This document shows, piece by piece, positions 60,705 to 64,000 of a stretch of DNA of 64,000 bases (the stretch's first letter is position 1; every line of letters begins with the position of its first letter). The position numbers were made by a program, and so were the translations under genes. This stretch comes from Phoronis australis (taxonomy: Eukaryota; Animalia; Phoronida). Below the pieces are notes generated by a model, which was given only the letters and a program-made list of their open reading frames with translations, made no database searches and was not told the DNA's origin. The DNA is taken from the NCBI GenBank assembly GCA_002633005.1, contig NMRA01000078.1, positions 942,233 through 1,006,232 on the forward strand, written 5' to 3'.

Positions 60705-63700
60705 CAAAGCTTGTTGAAAACATGACTTTTTTGAAAACTTGATGCAGTGTCGCTTTTGTAGAAACAATCTCCTTTCTTCAGGTGTGCAGGTATGAAGTAA
60801 CTCACCGAGAGACATAACAAACAAACAAATTAAAATACTAGCTATGTTTTGAGACTGCATGTCTCATCATCAGGCAATAAGTGGAATGAACATACAAAGT
60901 GAAATAAACAGTGGAATGCCTGTGATAGTGGGGAGAGGGGCATACAATATTAGAGAGTGTGAATGTATCACACAGTAGGAAGCCCACAAGCCTAACGAAA
61001 CAGAGCCAGCGTGCTGTACATGCCTGTGAGCTGCTCATTCAACACAGGTTTTTCGTGATTTGATCTATAACGATTCCAAGATTTTTAGCGGAACTGTGTC
61101 ATCTTCAACATAAGGAATGATGGTATTGCCTATTATTTCTTGCCTAGTTATTTTTCCGCCATGTTGGTGCACAAAATAATCTTGAATGGACCCACCCTGC
61201 AAGTGCATAAACAACTCTCAAGGGAGAACACACTGTGTGTCCAGTGCAACGCTGTATTATAGTGTAAGGGTGGAGTTTTTCAGAAAATAAAATGCTTCGA
61301 TTCGAATGTCTGTGAACCAACCCATCTATTACTTTTGTGTGCATCAAACTAGAATAGGGGCATGGTGAACGAGCTGTTTTTTTTCTCACCTGGTCATGCT
61401 GGTAGGGGCATTCAAGGGTAATTTTGCTGTGCTTTTCAACTGATAGCGTGTAACAAAGCCAGGTAAAATAGAGCTTAGTACACTAGTGTGCTAAGCTCTT
61501 TGCCCTCATTTGCCCTTCAGGCATAGGGGTCGAAAAAAATGTCTACAACACACAGATAGGCATTCTCAAATAATAATGTAACAAATTCCTCCTCACCAAG
61601 TCCACATTGTTTGACAATGCACTTACCTTACGTAGAAACGTACGTACATTTGTGCTGTGATGTGTAACTTTGCTATTATAATTGGTCTCCAAAACAGCTT
61701 TTATCTCAAATTCAGCTACCCCGCTTGTGATTTTCAAAGTATGCACCCCGTGACTCAGTTGAATTTTATAGTAAATTTAATTTTTGTATGTGTCTAACTT
61801 AATAAATTTTTACCTATTACTCAATTGAATTGTGTAGTACTGTGCGCGGTACAATCTCAACAATTTCGGTGAAAAATAATTGCCAAAATTATCTTTTTAT
61901 TTTGTCCTAAATTGGCGAGGTTTTACCGTAGTCGAATTGTTTAACAGTTGTAATAATACAATTCAGCTGTGGAGTTCTCTACAATATATGTGGACTCTTC
62001 AGGTAAAAACAAAAAATGGCCAGGACTTGGAGATCGAGATAAATCCGCAACTCCGCGTCAAGGTTAGTATGAAAGACCCTTTAAAGTGTTAAAAATTTGT
62101 TATTCCTGTTGTCACAAATTGTCTTTAGGATGCATAGCTGTTCCTCATCAAGCCATAGTAAAATTTCACCAATTTAAGACACAATATGACTGGTAAGTGA
62201 AATTTAATTTTTTAATTTTCATAAAAGAGACAGTATCACAATTGTATTCTATACCTTTTTTAAGGTCTAGGCCACAGGCTACTGTCTGACAATGATTCTG
62301 AGAAATTGTGGATATCACAAAGTTAGACGCGTTTGAGAAACGAAGAAAGATCAATTATGGCAATTATTTTTGTCCGAAATTGTTGATCTTTTACCACACT
62401 GGTGTACCTAGCATCTGTATTGTTTGTTGTGACCCGAATTGTCTTGCATTGGTATAGCACTGTGCCTGCACTTGTTTTTAAACTATTCATTACATCCTTG
62501 TTGGTATCACTTTGGTGTCAAAAATGTCTAAATTTATCTTTTAATGATATTTTGAAGGTACTACAGTCATTATTTATCTATAATTTAAATATTATAGTCA
62601 AATTTCCGTGCTTAAATTGACATGCAGTAAAAGCAGTTGTGAACCCGGCTCTTAGGCATGCAACTGTCCCATTTGGCTGGTGTAAGTCGACACAACTTAA
62701 CAAAGGTTTTATTTTCTTGGCTGAGAAAATGATTGCTTTATTACCCCCATGAGTTTTGAATAACCCAGCCCGAAATGTGAACTTTGACAACATGTCAGCT
62801 GTTAGGGGTTGACTATGTCACTGCTTTTTTCGATAATGGATCAGCCGATCAGCTTAAATATATTCCTCGGAACTTGGATTGAACATGTGCTTGCTATCTT
62901 CTTCGTTTTTGGAGTGCTCCAATAATGAAGTTGTCTAATTCGCATAGCAAAATGTTTTTCCTTGGTATGATATATCGGACATGTCTGCCAGTCATGCACA
63001 ATCAACTGGATCATTCATGGGTAACAGGGGGAGATAAGTAATGTATTGTTGTTGGCATGTAGGCAGCGTTACATCACGGTAAGTAAAATGGTTTTCAAAA
63101 ATCTAAAGGCAACGCTTCACATAAGCTGCGCCCTCTAGTCAGGCTATGTTATTCTTATCGTTGTTTTGTTAACGATGTACCCTTCTTGTTTTTGCTAAAT
63201 TTTACTAAAGGACATGGTCACATATCACTTAGTTAAAATCTGTTGTTGTGTTAGTTGATATTTGGCTAAATACAGTGACTTAGATAAGGTCCTACCATAA
63301 CATGATTGCATAGCAAAAATTGGACGTGGTCACATAATTGTAATGCTGTAACTTAGTGACACTGAAGGTATCAGCCTGTTTGACTTGTTTCTTTATTTTT
63401 GGGACTTGTACCAAACTATCTGTTAAAGCTGCTGTGCGGCATACTGCGCTTGACAGCAATGCTGCCTCAATGCTCGACACATCTTGGTGTTGGGTGACTA
63501 ATATGAACTCATGATGAAAAAAAATTGGCAAGAGAGCAACAAAATCAGTTCTAAAACTTAGAAAACATTTCCTAGACGTTCTTAAAAACTGAAACTGTGA
63601 TCAATTATCCGCTACATGAGAGGAATCAATAAGGAAATCTCAAAAGGCTTTGAATTAACTCAGTTCAAATACGTTGTAAAGTTTGGTTAAAAAATATGCC

Positions 63701-64000
63701 ATCTGATGAGTCCTTTAAGTAATTATCAAGAGTTGTTGACGTACATGAGTTTATAAAGTACACCAGAAATTCCTAATAGCAACTGTGCTTGGCTTGTTGG
63801 TAGTCTATAGTTACAAACTGACACACCATCACCAACAAAATCTGCAAAATAGCAAATCTTGCAAAAGATGATACTCGGAATTCATATTTACAAAAGCGAT
63901 TCCTGAAATGTTTGAGTCGTACTATGAGGTAAAATTCTTCAGTTTGGGACACAATATTGGCTGACAGATGAAATTTTATTTTGTTTAATTTCTCAACAAA

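Overview
Eukaryotic, AT-rich, intron- and repeat-rich genomic DNA from an animal. The gene and repeat types suggest an invertebrate bilaterian, but the species cannot be named from sequence alone. Manual splicing of GT-AG exons with consistent phases gives three genes. (1) A minus-strand IL-17 receptor D/Sef-like gene: 11 coding exons, ~707 aa, with signal peptide, FnIII-like ectodomain, TM helix and SEFIR+SEFEX (3111-23494). (2) A divergent plus-strand ARHGEF3/NET1-family DH-PH RhoGEF starting only 370 bp away: 12 coding exons, ~507 aa, with a probable alternative first exon (23865-41863). (3) The signal-peptide first exon of a third gene at 52082, whose N-terminus resembles IL-17 receptors. 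Two near-identical direct duplications (~1.24 and ~1.36 kb) joined at single Ns duplicate IL17R exons 4 and 1 and are most likely uncollapsed haplotypes. Introns hold many non-autonomous DNA transposons, minisatellites, tRNA-like heads and a Helentron-associated element with a periodic array of CTCF-like motifs. The most notable leads are the IL17R-ARHGEF3 linkage (also neighbours in human), the shared bidirectional promoter and the mobile CTCF-motif array. No CRISPR, rRNA or prokaryotic systems were seen. All family assignments come from recalled motif similarity; no database search was run.
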